A stretch of DNA of 64,000 nt from Chloroflexota bacterium (GCA_013112575.1 JABFGG010000003.1:324997-388996), one strand, 5' to 3'; numbered from the stretch's first letter, positions 1 through 10,250 are shown. The notes: generated by a model from the letters alone, not told the origin. Made by a program: numbers and translations.

Positions 1-573
1 CTCTTCCCCGATGTGAATATCACAAATAAAAACAGCATAGTGTTTATGCTGTAATAAGGCGCTAGCCTCGCTTATGGTAGCTGCCAGGTCTACGTCATAA
101 CCCTTTTTCAGCAATGCCTTCGAGTAGATCCTACGCAGGTCGGGGTCATCTTCGACTACGAGGATACATTTCGATGGCACGACATTGAGGTCCTCTTTGG
201 AGGGTTTATTGATCAGGTATTGGATAGCTGGCAATAACTCCAAAACCACATGTGTCTTGGCCACGAATAGGTCCGCCCCCGCCTTTAAGGCAGCCGTGCG
301 ATATGCATCGGCACTATGCATGCTGAGGGCGATTATGCCCACTTCGGGGAGAATCGTTCGGAGTTGGTGAATGACCTCGATGCCTGACATTTCTGGCATA
401 ACGAGGTCGATGAGGACAATGTCCGGGTTGACTTCCTGAGCCTTAGTTATTGCTTCCATCCCACTGTTAAAACATGCAATAACGCGTAACTCTTCATTTG
501 ACTCCAAGAAATTTGAAGTCACTTTTAAGAATTTAGAATTGTCATCAACCAGCATAAGAGTGGTTGTTTCCAT
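1..573 (-). CDS. Response regulator with two tandem receiver domains (runs off the left edge)
   Basis: Not in the ORF track. Manual translation from ATG at 573: METTTLMLVDDN..DIVLIDLVMPEMSG..LSMH..FVAK (NarL-type REC), then CILVVEDDPDLRRIY..ICDIH (second REC). Frame open to base 1. Confidence 0.85.
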   Translation of the reverse strand, partial: METTTLMLVDDNSKFLKVTSNFLESNEELRVIACFNSGMEAITKAQEVNPDIVLIDLVMPEMSGIEVIHQLRTILPEVGIIALSMHSADAYRTAALKAGADLFVAKTHVVLELLPAIQYLINKPSKEDLNVVPSKCILVVEDDPDLRRIYSKALLKKGYDVDLAATISEASALLQHKHYAVFICDIHIGEE

Positions 574-663
574 GTTAATCACCTTGGAGCCGCTGTTCAG
601 AGTGAGTGTGATTGCGGTGTCAGCAGCTACTCAAGACAAATAAATCTACGTATACCCGCAGAA

Positions 664-803
664 AATATAGTACTTAAGTCTATAGCCTGAGTCGATACGA
701 AAAGTTCGTAATAAGCTCGTATTTACCCCTATTACCACCTACAATTGTGAAAGGTGGCACGAAATTAGTGAATTTTTGTACTACTGGTTCTTTGGAAGGA
801 TAA
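664..803. repeat. Copy 1 of ~140-bp direct repeat (copy 2 at 4509-4648); duplicated promoter region
   Basis: Near-identical to 4509-4648 at constant offset 3845; contains TACGAA-N3-TTCGTA (696-710) and CCACCT..AGGTGG (735-757) inverted repeats. Confidence 0.9.
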
Positions 804-902
804 TTAGTTGAGTTTGAGGGGATAGCCTGACAATCTGCCTGAACACATGCAGGCCATTTAAGCCTAACAACATAAGATCAAGTAAGGGGATTTTGGGGGA
901 TA
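781..902 (-). pseudogene. Relic of the NarL-type regulator gene 4626-5285
   Basis: 781-803 matches its last codons and stop; ~804-902 is a degenerate copy of ~5045-5143. Confidence 0.75.
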
Positions 903-911
903 CTTAATAAA

Positions 912-937
912 AAATAGCGACCCCAAGGCCGCTATTT
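912..937 (-). terminator. Probable intrinsic terminator after protoglobin
   Basis: aaatagcg..cgctattt hairpin followed by a T-run on the minus strand. Confidence 0.55.
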
Positions 938-970
938 CTGAAAGATTATAAATCTACTTTTTATGTTGAA

Positions 971-1528
971 TCACTTGGAGTGTTTTTCCAACATATTTTC
1001 AATTTCAATGTGCATCATGCGATCAACTAATTCTACGTTCAAACCTCCGACATGCACCATCGCTTCAACATAATTAATGAAGTAGCCTTCGGCGATTAAG
1101 CCAGCGATAACATCCGTCAAACGCTTGAAGGCTCCGAAGATTTCCTCAACTTGATCAAGGGGAAACTCCTGCAAACACTTTCCTAGAAATAATTGCTGGA
1201 CGCGGCTCATCATTCCAAACATGTATGGATTAGATACCTTTCTCTTTATATGAACGAGACCAACAAACCATTGATGATTCCAGAAGTCTTTTGGGAGTTC
1301 TCCACTCGTGACTTCGAAATACCAGTTTCGTAATGTCTCTTCACGATCTGGGCGCTCACCTTTTCTGAAGACTTCAGAGGTTGAACTGTAGCCAAAGAGA
1401 GTATCGTAAAAGTCTTGTACGATCTCATCTCCCCATGACTGCGTTTGATCTTTATGTTTTTTCAACACAGTGTTATCTTCGTCAGTAAATCCTGTTAGCG
1501 TTACCAGGTGACCATAAATCTCATCCAT
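971..1528 (-). CDS. Protoglobin / single-domain sensor globin
   Basis: GFTDED..L start, IVQDFYD (B10 Tyr region), TLRNW, VGLVH (proximal His F8), typical of the protoglobin/globin-coupled-sensor family. Confidence 0.85.
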   Translation of the reverse strand: MDEIYGHLVTLTGFTDEDNTVLKKHKDQTQSWGDEIVQDFYDTLFGYSSTSEVFRKGERPDREETLRNWYFEVTSGELPKDFWNHQWFVGLVHIKRKVSNPYMFGMMSRVQQLFLGKCLQEFPLDQVEEIFGAFKRLTDVIAGLIAEGYFINYVEAMVHVGGLNVELVDRMMHIEIENMLEKHSK

Positions 1529-1576
1529 ACATGCTCCTTAGATTAATCTGAATAGTCAGCAGATTCAGTTTTTTGT

Positions 1577-2050
1577 CTAGCGACCATACAAACAAACATA
1601 TTTGTCCATCAATTCATCAACTTCTTCTTTTGATAATAAATCCTGGTCGGCAATATTCACGGCTCCAGTACTGGATTTACAAGCAATCTGTTGAAAAGAT
1701 TCTCCGACTTTTCCCCTGCGCATACCCTGGTGAATACCACAAAATGCGGATACCCATGCTCCCCCAAGCTCATTGGCTTCATCAGCAAGTATCGTTATTT
1801 CTTCAGGTAATGTATTGCAGCAAGATTCAAAAGATTCAATAGTATCTGTAAATGGACAGGCAGCGAGAGCTACAATTCCAGGCTGGATCTCATGTCCTTC
1901 ACCTTCTAATTCTTCAATGCCTAGCTCCGAGTAGTCGGCGATTCCTTTACCCAAATTACGCAACATCCCAATCGCTTGTTTATCAAACAGGGCATAGTAC
2001 TCTCGAATTAAGTGAACAAGGGAAGCTTGTCCCATATCGTATTTTGTCAT
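1577..2050 (-). CDS. Hypothetical Cys-rich protein, possible V4R/MetOD-like ligand- or metal-binding domain
   Basis: CPF, FCGIH, IACK and VCLY motifs; operonic with Roadblock genes; SD upstream. Confidence 0.55.
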   Translation of the reverse strand: MTKYDMGQASLVHLIREYYALFDKQAIGMLRNLGKGIADYSELGIEELEGEGHEIQPGIVALAACPFTDTIESFESCCNTLPEEITILADEANELGGAWVSAFCGIHQGMRRGKVGESFQQIACKSSTGAVNIADQDLLSKEEVDELMDKYVCLYGR

Positions 2051-2082
2051 GATCAGTTCCTTTCAGTATGATGTTAGTAATG

Positions 2083-2799
2083 TTAAAGGATCGTGAGCAA
2101 CTGATCCACCATTCCTCGCACTTCAGCAAAAGCCATTCCCAAATTTATCTCCTTGGGAGTTATGCCAACAAAGAGGGTATTTGTATCCAAAGCGGTCACA
2201 ATAATATTGCCATCTTCGCCTTGAATAAGTGTCTGCCGGAACTCGCCCCGATCGAGTTGACCAGTGCTACGCACACTTAATCCCAAAATGGCGGCGGAGG
2301 ATGCTCCCACCATATTTTCATCCAGTGTTTTTTGCGGAATATTCGTCGAGTAGACTAAACCATCTACACCGACTACAGCTGCCCCGGTGATGTCGGCAGA
2401 AGTCTCGAGTAATCCTTTTAAAGCTTCTGAGAGCAATTCGCTCTTCTTTTTTGTTGCCATAGGTGTCTCCTTTGTATCAATAGCAATAGCGGATTGTTGG
2501 CTTTCATCGAAACGGCGCGCTCCTTCAAGCAGGAGCCCGGACCAGGATCGTTGTATGGTCTCTTCTGGTGATTGCACGTCATTTTCTAGGGTGAATTTGC
2601 CATCCTCCCAAGCAAGCATTTGGAAAAAAGCTTCCTCCCCCTGTTCGTCAGCGAATGAGGCATGGACGACCTTACCACTGGCAAAATAAACGGAAGCATG
2701 ATTCCCGTTACGTTCGATTATTAGTTTTGCTGTTTTATTGTCCTGACAAACATGCTGAACCAGGTCAGCCACAGCCATGTCTTGTAAATTACCTTCCAT
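2083..2799 (-). CDS. DUF4388 (PatA-N-like) + Roadblock/LC7 fusion
   Basis: MEGNLQDMAVADLVQ..YFASGKVVHA..GEEAF..W.DGKF..LLLEGARRFDE, then a roadblock domain GAAVVGVDGL..GAS SAAILGLS. Confidence 0.85.
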   Translation of the reverse strand: MEGNLQDMAVADLVQHVCQDNKTAKLIIERNGNHASVYFASGKVVHASFADEQGEEAFFQMLAWEDGKFTLENDVQSPEETIQRSWSGLLLEGARRFDESQQSAIAIDTKETPMATKKKSELLSEALKGLLETSADITGAAVVGVDGLVYSTNIPQKTLDENMVGASSAAILGLSVRSTGQLDRGEFRQTLIQGEDGNIIVTALDTNTLFVGITPKEINLGMAFAEVRGMVDQLLTIL

Positions 2800-2819
2800 T
2801 TCATTCAGCTTCCATGAGG

Positions 2820-3212
2820 CTATAGGCTCCAGGCCTGCTTAATATTGTTGACTGCGATGTTCGTAAGCCGACGATAGGTTTGTCTCTTGTCTGCAACCAT
2901 GACAGCCAAAACCAATTCATGACCGTTAGCGTTAAACAGTCGGCATACGAGTTTGCGACCTTCCATGTCAAACATGGTGATTTCATCAGTTTGGCCAAAA
3001 CCGAGCTGGTTCCGTACCTGGGCAGCAGTTTTCTGAAGCAGCGCCACTACGGCTGCTTGTTTGGTGGAATCTTGGTCGGCCATGGCTGCAGAGGCAATTG
3101 GGAAACCATCTCGATCGGTAAGGACTGAAACAGGGAAATCACCTTTTTCATTCATTGTGTTCAAGATTTCAGCTAATTCCGCGGAACCAGTCCTGGGTAA
3201 GTCATTATTCAT
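2820..3212 (-). CDS. Roadblock/LC7 (MglB-like) protein
   Basis: SVLTDRDGFPIASA..AAVVALL; 130 aa; directly after mglA. Confidence 0.85.
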   Translation of the reverse strand: MNNDLPRTGSAELAEILNTMNEKGDFPVSVLTDRDGFPIASAAMADQDSTKQAAVVALLQKTAAQVRNQLGFGQTDEITMFDMEGRKLVCRLFNANGHELVLAVMVADKRQTYRRLTNIAVNNIKQAWSL

Positions 3213-3213
3213 A

Positions 3214-3825
3214 TCACTCTCGCGTTGTGGGGACAGGGCTAACTAATTCTTTTTGAATGTTTTGAAGAACCCCATTGAGTACTACTTTTAGTGTATCGAA
3301 AACTCCTTGTCCCTGAAGGGCCACGGCCTTGGTTGTGGGGTAACCATTCAATGACATTTGTCTACTTAGAATTTTAGAAGGGAGCTTGGTAGTTAGATCT
3401 TGTTTGTTGAACTGAACAACGACTGGAAACTGTGGACATAGTAGTTCCAGTGAACTAAGATGCTCGAACATATCGTTCCAGGCCTCAATATTTGCCCCTA
3501 AAGATAGCCTGGATGAGTCCGCAACAAAAACTACCCCGTCGGCTCCACGCAAAACTAATTTGCGGGTGGTTTCATAAAATGGCTGCCCCGGGACAGTATA
3601 AAGATGGATTTTTGGAGTTAGTCCAGAAATTTTTTCTAACTCCATTTGCATAAAATCAAAAAACAGGGTGCGGTCCCCTTGAGTCTTCAGCGAAATCAAT
3701 TCACTTTTCTTCTGTGAAGCAGTATTGCCATGGATAAATTCTAAGTTCGTGGTTTTACCGCTTAATGCAGGCCCACAGTAAACAATTTTCAGGTGGAGTT
3801 CGCGCGAGTTCCAATTAATCAGCAT
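3214..3825 (-). CDS. mglA: MglA-family small GTPase
   Basis: G1 GPALSGKTT, DRTLFFDF (intrinsic Arg finger/Thr), TVPGQ, G4 NKQD. Confidence 0.93.
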   Translation of the reverse strand: MLINWNSRELHLKIVYCGPALSGKTTNLEFIHGNTASQKKSELISLKTQGDRTLFFDFMQMELEKISGLTPKIHLYTVPGQPFYETTRKLVLRGADGVVFVADSSRLSLGANIEAWNDMFEHLSSLELLCPQFPVVVQFNKQDLTTKLPSKILSRQMSLNGYPTTKAVALQGQGVFDTLKVVLNGVLQNIQKELVSPVPTTRE

Positions 3826-3828
3826 TAC

Positions 3829-4410
3829 CTATTCCCCACTATCGCCAAGCCATATCGAGTCAATGGCGTCCCTAACTTGCTCACTCATTGTCTCTTGATT
3901 AAATTCAAATTGCTCAACTTCCTCACGGTCCGGCAATATCTCAAGAATCTCTTTTAATCTCTCGCAAACTTCCCTCATTTTTAATCGCGACCACCCTAAT
4001 GGCACGTGAGAGAGAACTTGGACTAGAAGCACCAGGTGAGGCCCTGCTTCTGAAACGATCATGTTGGTCTCTTCCCCTTCACGCATGATGGTCTGGTGTT
4101 CTCTATATTCACCAGTTATCCGAGCCATCTCTCGGCTTGCAGCTATGTCTCCAGCAACGAGGGATCCCAATGCCGCGATGCTGTTATCGCCTCTGACCCC
4201 AGCGATAGTAACAATTTGGCCTCTTGTGTCCGCTAGCAGAATAAAATGTGCAGGAAGATCATTTAATAGATCATTTAGCACTTGATCAATTTCTTTTTGC
4301 TGGGACGGATATATAGTTACCCCGCTACGCAAATCAAAATTTTTTCTGGGATCATTTGGTTGCGTCATCGAAGAGTTCATTGATTTACCTGATCCTAGCC
4401 TTATTTCCAA
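3829..4410 (-). CDS. Roadblock/MglB-like GAP candidate (true start may be slightly downstream)
   Basis: ILLADTRGQIV..ALGSLVAG..A.REMARITGE..VPLGW.RL, as in MglB; directly upstream of mglA. Confidence 0.82.
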   Translation of the reverse strand: MEIRLGSGKSMNSSMTQPNDPRKNFDLRSGVTIYPSQQKEIDQVLNDLLNDLPAHFILLADTRGQIVTIAGVRGDNSIAALGSLVAGDIAASREMARITGEYREHQTIMREGEETNMIVSEAGPHLVLLVQVLSHVPLGWSRLKMREVCERLKEILEILPDREEVEQFEFNQETMSEQVRDAIDSIWLGDSGE

Positions 4411-4508
4411 TACACTCCTTATTTAAGCTGATCGAAAGTGCATGGATTAGATTATGATGAAATCACTTTCCACCATTGGGAAAAATGGACTGAAATGTGA
4501 TATTCGAG

Positions 4509-4648
4509 AATATAGTACATTTGTCTATAGCGCGAGTCGATACGAAAAATTCGTAATAAGCTTGTATTTATCCCTATTTCCACCTACATTTGTGAAAGGT
4601 GGCACGAAATTAGTGATTTTTTGTACTACTGGTTCTTTGGAAGGATAA
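4509..4648. repeat. Copy 2 of ~140-bp repeat; promoter region of the Roadblock/mglA operon plus 3' end of the regulator gene
   Basis: TACGAAAAATTCGTA palindrome at 4541-4555; minus-strand TACTAT -10-like hexamer near 4512-4517. Confidence 0.9.
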
Positions 4649-5285
4649 GCCCCCGGCTCAAGGCTACACGATATAGCTCTGCCTGGTTTTCTAAATTTAG
4701 CTTTTGCATGATATGCGTCCGGTGTGAATCAACCGTACGTTCACTGATAGAGAGTTGCGCAGCGATCTCTGTGCGGCTATGCCCCTCTGCCAACAGTTGC
4801 AGCACCTCTCGCTCACGTCCGGACAATGGCTTCCAGGGATCGAATTGGCCAGTCTCGATCTTCTTCAGGTAATCCTCTAGCTCATTTTCAGATAACGGTG
4901 GGCTAAGGTATCTACGACCGGCAAGCACTTCCCGGATGGCAATGACCAGATCTTGAGAGGCCGTGGCTTTTAGGACATAGCCCTGAGCTCCGCTATTGAT
5001 AGCCTCCACTACATAAGCTGTCGTACCATGCATTGAAAGGATAATGATTTGAACATGGGGGGATTGCCTGACAATCTGTTTGGTCACATCCAGGCCGTTT
5101 AAGCCCGGCAGCATAAGGTCAAGGATAAGGACGTTGGGGGATAGTTGTTCAACGCAATCGGCAACCTGGATGCCATCATCTGCTTCACCAACAATGTTGA
5201 AATCTGGTTGAGTTTCCAGCACACGCCGCAACCCTTGCCGCACAATAGAATGGTCGTCTACGATCAGGATTTTCGTTTCATCCAT
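4626..5285 (-). CDS. NarL/LuxR-family response regulator
   Basis: IVDDH, LDLMLPG, LSMH, YVLK; LSGREREVLQLLAEG..HRTHIMQKL HTH. Confidence 0.95.
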   Translation of the reverse strand: MDETKILIVDDHSIVRQGLRRVLETQPDFNIVGEADDGIQVADCVEQLSPNVLILDLMLPGLNGLDVTKQIVRQSPHVQIIILSMHGTTAYVVEAINSGAQGYVLKATASQDLVIAIREVLAGRRYLSPPLSENELEDYLKKIETGQFDPWKPLSGREREVLQLLAEGHSRTEIAAQLSISERTVDSHRTHIMQKLNLENQAELYRVALSRGLILPKNQ

Positions 5286-6519
5286 AGACCGAATCCCGAA
5301 TACTAATCCCTTTATTTACGGGCAATTTTGCCAGTACCTGTGTGCCTGTCCCCGGAGCTGAAATCAATTTTAATTCTCCTCCCAGATTCAAAGCTCGCTC
5401 ACGCATGCCGACTAATCCAACCGCTTCCCCTGTAGCCATGGTTTTCTGGTAAGAAAAACCATCTCCATGGTCCTCAACCAATATGACCAATATTTCATTG
5501 TCTAAGACCAATTGAACCTGTGCTTCTTTTACATCGGTATGGCGGGCTATGTTGGTTAAACACTCCTGTACAATGCGGTAAGCCGCTGTTTCCAGATCCT
5601 GGGGGAAACGCTGTTGAATGTCCTGATGTTGAAAATGTACGTTTACGCCAGTTTGGGACGTATAACGATCAACATACCACATCAAAGCCGGTAACAATCC
5701 TAAGTCATCCAGCATACCTGGGCGCAGGTCAAGCGAAAGTTCCTGCACGCGTGAAATCAGTTCGTGAATAGACTCCTGCGCGAATTGGAGGTCTTTGTTA
5801 CCTTCGATCCGTTGAGTAGGATGATTCATCTCAAGCGTGATCTTTAATCCCGTAAGAGCTTGCCCGATTTCGTCGTGGAGTTCTCTGGCGATATGCCGGC
5901 GTTCATTTTCCTGCATCTTAACCATATGTTGAGATAAGCGATGCAGTCTTTCCCAACCCAGTTCAGCTTCTCGCTGCAATAAATCCTGCGTAATAGCTAC
6001 AGAAAGCGAACTCGCAAGTTCACTTACCTGTTGGGACTGCCTGGATTCAAAATTGTTGGCTGCTTTTGAAAGAATGATTAAAACCCCAAAAAGCTTCTCC
6101 TGGCTAACTAGTGGACATTGGACATACGAAAATATTTCTTGGTCCAAAAAGCTTTTATCCAGAGGTGAGGGATTGATCAACCTGCGGAGGTCATTCGCAA
6201 GTACAGCTTTCCCTTCTTCTAATCGTCGACGTGGAAACGCATTTAGCCGGAACGACTTCCCACCCCACATATCTTGGTCAAAATCAAAATCTGTATCAAG
6301 CACATCAGCCAGTGCTGTTTCATAATCAAAATGAAATATTAGCGATCCGTTGCAATTAGTGATGAGGTGGCGAATGTTATCAAAGACAATCCCAGTAATC
6401 TTCTCAACAGGCTCTCCTTTTAGGATCGCCTGGTTGATGGTATGCAGATTGTCCGAACTCCCTAAGGCCTCAGCATATTTAGTCCGGTCATGTTCTTCGA
6501 CTTCTGGATGAGATGGCAT
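5278..6519 (-). CDS. GAF-domain sensor histidine kinase (HisKA_3), cytoplasmic
   Basis: ERRHIARELHDEIGQ H-box, QECLTNIARH, DHGDGF, GLVGMRER; N-terminal GAF; no TM segments. Confidence 0.93.
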   Translation of the reverse strand: MPSHPEVEEHDRTKYAEALGSSDNLHTINQAILKGEPVEKITGIVFDNIRHLITNCNGSLIFHFDYETALADVLDTDFDFDQDMWGGKSFRLNAFPRRRLEEGKAVLANDLRRLINPSPLDKSFLDQEIFSYVQCPLVSQEKLFGVLIILSKAANNFESRQSQQVSELASSLSVAITQDLLQREAELGWERLHRLSQHMVKMQENERRHIARELHDEIGQALTGLKITLEMNHPTQRIEGNKDLQFAQESIHELISRVQELSLDLRPGMLDDLGLLPALMWYVDRYTSQTGVNVHFQHQDIQQRFPQDLETAAYRIVQECLTNIARHTDVKEAQVQLVLDNEILVILVEDHGDGFSYQKTMATGEAVGLVGMRERALNLGGELKLISAPGTGTQVLAKLPVNKGISIRDSVYG

Positions 6520-6544
6520 CTGGTGTTTTTCCCGTAACTTTGTC

Positions 6545-7771
6545 TCAAACGTTTGCGCTTATTGTATCAAGGGGATTTCGACGCTGCACCCACCAAAAAC
6601 GCAAGGTTACAAGAAGGAGCAAAGCTGCAACAGCAATGTACATATATTCAATCCCAGCCAAAGCATCAATCAGGGAAAAGGCCAACAGGGGCCCAATGGC
6701 TGCCCCAGCATCAATGGCGGTATTAAAAAAGCCGACGAACAAATGGGGGCGGTGTGTACTGGATGCCAGCCCGCTGGCCGCTGCGTTGCCTGTGACAAAC
6801 ATCCCAGATCCGGCAATGAAAACACAAACGAGAGATAAAAGCAGCGCTATGCCATCCAATTGGACAGCCCCAAGCATGCCCAAAAAGATAACAAGAGCAA
6901 GTATCAGCATGGTTGGTGCTTGCCCGATTCCATCAGATATGCTGCCGATCAACGGTGCAAAGAATAGGTCCGCAGAAAAACGAGTGGCTAATAGCGCCCC
7001 TGCCAAAGTACCGATGCCAAGGATCGAAAAGTCTGCACTGAGGCGCGAGGCCAAGAAAAGGGAAGCAGTCGCTACTAAAATCCCTTCAAATAGGATATTC
7101 ACAAACCCCAAAATGGAGATCCAACGCCGCGATGTGTTTCGAAGTGCAAACTGCAATCCTGTCAGCGTGCTACTCCTTGCTATCTTGCTGACAGTTTTCT
7201 TTTGAGGCCAGGACAATCGGAGTGTGGCAGGTATAACGAGGGCACTAAAGACTGCAATGACGAGCACAGTATTTGAATAACCAAACCGGTCATAAAGCAC
7301 TCCCCCTAACAATACACTCGCAGCGCTTCCCAATCGCATCCCGCCCCATAAAATTCCCATTAGGCGTCCCTTGATGTTTTCGGGCGCAGACCACACGGCC
7401 AGATAACCACCATGCCGAAAAACAGACCAAGCCAGGCCCCACCCGATTCGGGCTAACAGAAAAGCCATAAAACCCCAACCAAGACCATACATCAATGTCG
7501 TGATAACGCTCAATATACTGGCAAAGATAAAAGGCAAACGGGGCCCAAGGCGCTCAAAGGTCAGGCTGGCCCAGGTGTTCGACAATAGACGAATAATGCG
7601 ATTGGCACTGAGCAGAACCCCAACCAAACCTAGTGGGATGCCGAGGTTTACAGCTTCTAGGGGCAGTAGGCTGTACATGAGGGAGTTGCCCATATTGGCC
7701 AGTGCTAAGACAAGTGCTATTTGCCCCACGAACCGGGCTGGGCGATGAACTGATTGATTTAGGGATGACAC
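6545..7771 (-). CDS. MFS transporter
   Basis: About 12 hydrophobic segments; GSISDGIG motif-A-like; R..WG. Confidence 0.88.
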   Translation of the reverse strand: MSSLNQSVHRPARFVGQIALVLALANMGNSLMYSLLPLEAVNLGIPLGLVGVLLSANRIIRLLSNTWASLTFERLGPRLPFIFASILSVITTLMYGLGWGFMAFLLARIGWGLAWSVFRHGGYLAVWSAPENIKGRLMGILWGGMRLGSAASVLLGGVLYDRFGYSNTVLVIAVFSALVIPATLRLSWPQKKTVSKIARSSTLTGLQFALRNTSRRWISILGFVNILFEGILVATASLFLASRLSADFSILGIGTLAGALLATRFSADLFFAPLIGSISDGIGQAPTMLILALVIFLGMLGAVQLDGIALLLSLVCVFIAGSGMFVTGNAAASGLASSTHRPHLFVGFFNTAIDAGAAIGPLLAFSLIDALAGIEYMYIAVAALLLLVTLRFWWVQRRNPLDTISANV

Positions 7772-8699
7772 AAGGTTATTGTAAGCTTGCTACGTCATAG
7801 AGCAGCAGAGCTAACCTTTTTGTTTATCAGAATATTCTTCTCTCTTGTGCAACTACGGTGAAACCTACTTAAAAAATTAATTGATGAAGTGGAATTTACA
7901 GACTGTTTTCCCTCTGTATTTTCCTAATACTAGTAGTCAGTTTTATTGTTCGCGTGTCGCACATTCGTTGATGGTGCGAAATGGCATCCAGATTTTGTAG
8001 GGCAGTCCAAATTAACCTAACTTTTACCAGTTGCAAATCTCCGCCTCTGGTGCAGATAGAAAAGAAATTGTGGAAACAGTATTTTTTATAGACGCTTGAT
8101 GAACCCATATATGAGGATTTTAGTCTACATAGACCCTATATTCAGCTGACACAGATGCTTTCGGAAGAACTGGGTCCCCAACCTACTGATTCGAAGTTCT
8201 CAAGGAGTGCGCATTTCCTGTGTATATGGGGGATAATAAGTACTCCAATCCCACATATGCGGGTAAGAAGTCGATTGAAGTGGATAGATGGTATATAAAC
8301 TACTCCGGTTGCAGTAAACGTGTTCATATACGGTAAAAGGTATGGTAACCAGTAACCTTAGTATTATAATAGGAACCAACGCTAATGACGCCTAACAACC
8401 TCATTTGGGACGGTCTAGGTTCACCCGACTTCCCTATATAATACCCCCGAGATTTAGGGGGAATAAGTAAATTTATCTAAAACCACATAGTTAGCTTTCA
8501 GCAATTAAATTCGTATCGCGGTTGGTTGAGGGGGTACCTTGGAGAGTATTTCCGTGATCACTATTTCATTGTCTAAATCGATTATAAAAAATCCAATAGG
8601 GGAGCGAAATCGACATCAAAGTATTTGGGAAGCAACGTCCAATATCATCTGCAATGTCTAGAAAAGGATTTTGCTCTCCAGGCAGAGGCTCCGTTATGG

Positions 8700-9420
8700 T
8701 TACTCATGACCTAGATTGGACACCAGCTTCTTATTATTTGCTTCTGATTGGTGTAGCTAAGGGATTCTTGGTGGGCGGGGAGTGTTCAGAATTCGCATTT
8801 GTCTTTCAGCCACTGAAGTGAAAACTGGTGGCCTCTTTCTAGTACCCTTCAATATTTGAGTTGATATGCAAATTAGTTGCTTAGTTTCTTCATTAAAGGC
8901 CTCTGATTCTAGTTTGATTCATCCAACTAAGAATCCCTACAATTTGATCTCTTGTATCTCTAATTGCTTCTAGCGATTCTAATCCGCAAGAGATTCGAAT
9001 ATATATTTTCCCTCGATTGTGTATTAGGAACGTTGTTTTATTAAATCCAAAACTTGTTCTAACCCACGGCTCAGTAAAGTAATCATTATATACGGAGTAC
9101 CAGAATTTGTTTTCTAATACAGCATATATTAAATCTTTCCCTCTGAGGTTTTCATAATCTCGTTTTGGTAATCCTAACCTAGGGAAGCCTTTTGGAATTA
9201 GGTCTTTTGCTTTTTCACTCTATTCATTATTGATTTGAAGCCAGATGATATTTGTAGGGTCAGGATTGCTATTAATCACAAACCACTTTTCTTGACCATC
9301 ATAAGATGTTGATAATAATTGCTTTAGTACATCGGCGTTCCTTTTCATTCTGGCTAGCCGAATTTTTAGGATATCTGGTTCCGGACAAATTGTTTTCGCC
9401 AAGTTTGTGTCAGGGCGCTG
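8700..9420 (-). pseudogene. Interrupted hypothetical gene inside the island
   Basis: The frame of ORF 9220-9402 stays open ~100 codons past its TAG (SEKAKDLIPKGFPRLG..FWYSVYNDYF..), then appears to frameshift. Confidence 0.4.
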
Positions 9421-9698
9421 CCCAATTTGAACTATTATTTCATTCGTTTTGCACGCAATTTCCCTAATATCTTCCGAAGCAGACTCGAATATATGATGGC
9501 CAAACCACCCATGGCAATGTTTGTACCTAACTGAGCATATTTTGCTAGGCTTTGGAGTTGAATAAATATCCCATCAAATTTGCTTAAATGCAATTCTGAG
9601 AAGAAAAATGGTGCTGCAGTTGTGTCCGAAATAATGAATTTGCACGATGTATCAATTGCAACTCTCAGTACGTCTTCACAATCTGGGGCACTGGACAT

Positions 9699-10171
9699 TT
9701 GCATATACAACGTCAATTGCAGCGGGTAACCGGGCAAGGCAAAGTGTTCAAGCCACCAAAGACAGATGCTGGCAGAAGATTGGTTGTGCTAGGTCCCGCG
9801 ACTCTCGCAAAACTACGAAATCACAAAAAAATGCAAGTCATGGACAGGCAAGTCGTAGGGGATAGATGGAAAGATCAAGGTTTAATTTTTCCGTCTAAAT
9901 CGGTATGCCTATGGAACCAAGGAACATCTTGCGGCATTTCAAGAAAATTCTGATAAAAGCAAATTTACCGGAAATGCGATTTCATGATCTCAGGCATACG
10001 GCCGCTACGATTATGTTGGGGCAAGGGATTCATCCAAAGGTTGTCCAAGAGCGTTTGGGGCATTCCACAATTGGTCTAACTTTAGACACTTATTCCCATA
10101 TATTACCTGCGATGCAGGCCGATGTTGCTGAAAATCTTGATGAATTATTGAAGCCGGTTGCAGTAAATTGA
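9699..10171 (+). pseudogene. Tyrosine recombinase/integrase, 5'-truncated and frameshifted (~9900)
   Basis: PPKTDAGRRLV..LIFPS in one frame, then RFHDLRHTAAT..VQERLGHSTI..TLDTYSH in another; N-terminal half absent. Confidence 0.9.
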
Positions 10172-10250
10172 AAGAGCTCACCAAAATGGCAAGCTCTCTC
10201 ATGGTAAATGTGGGGGTCTCACACACAACTGGAAACCCCTACAGGTTAGG

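Noticed and set aside
8390-8430. GCCTAAC resembling an integron attC end
   Set aside because: No matching GTTRRRY with a complementary stem, and the nearby integrase fragment looks phage/ICE-type rather than IntI.
9220-9222. In-frame TAG as possible pyrrolysine or read-through
   Set aside because: It lies in a decayed island with further frameshifts and stops; a nonsense mutation is the simpler explanation.
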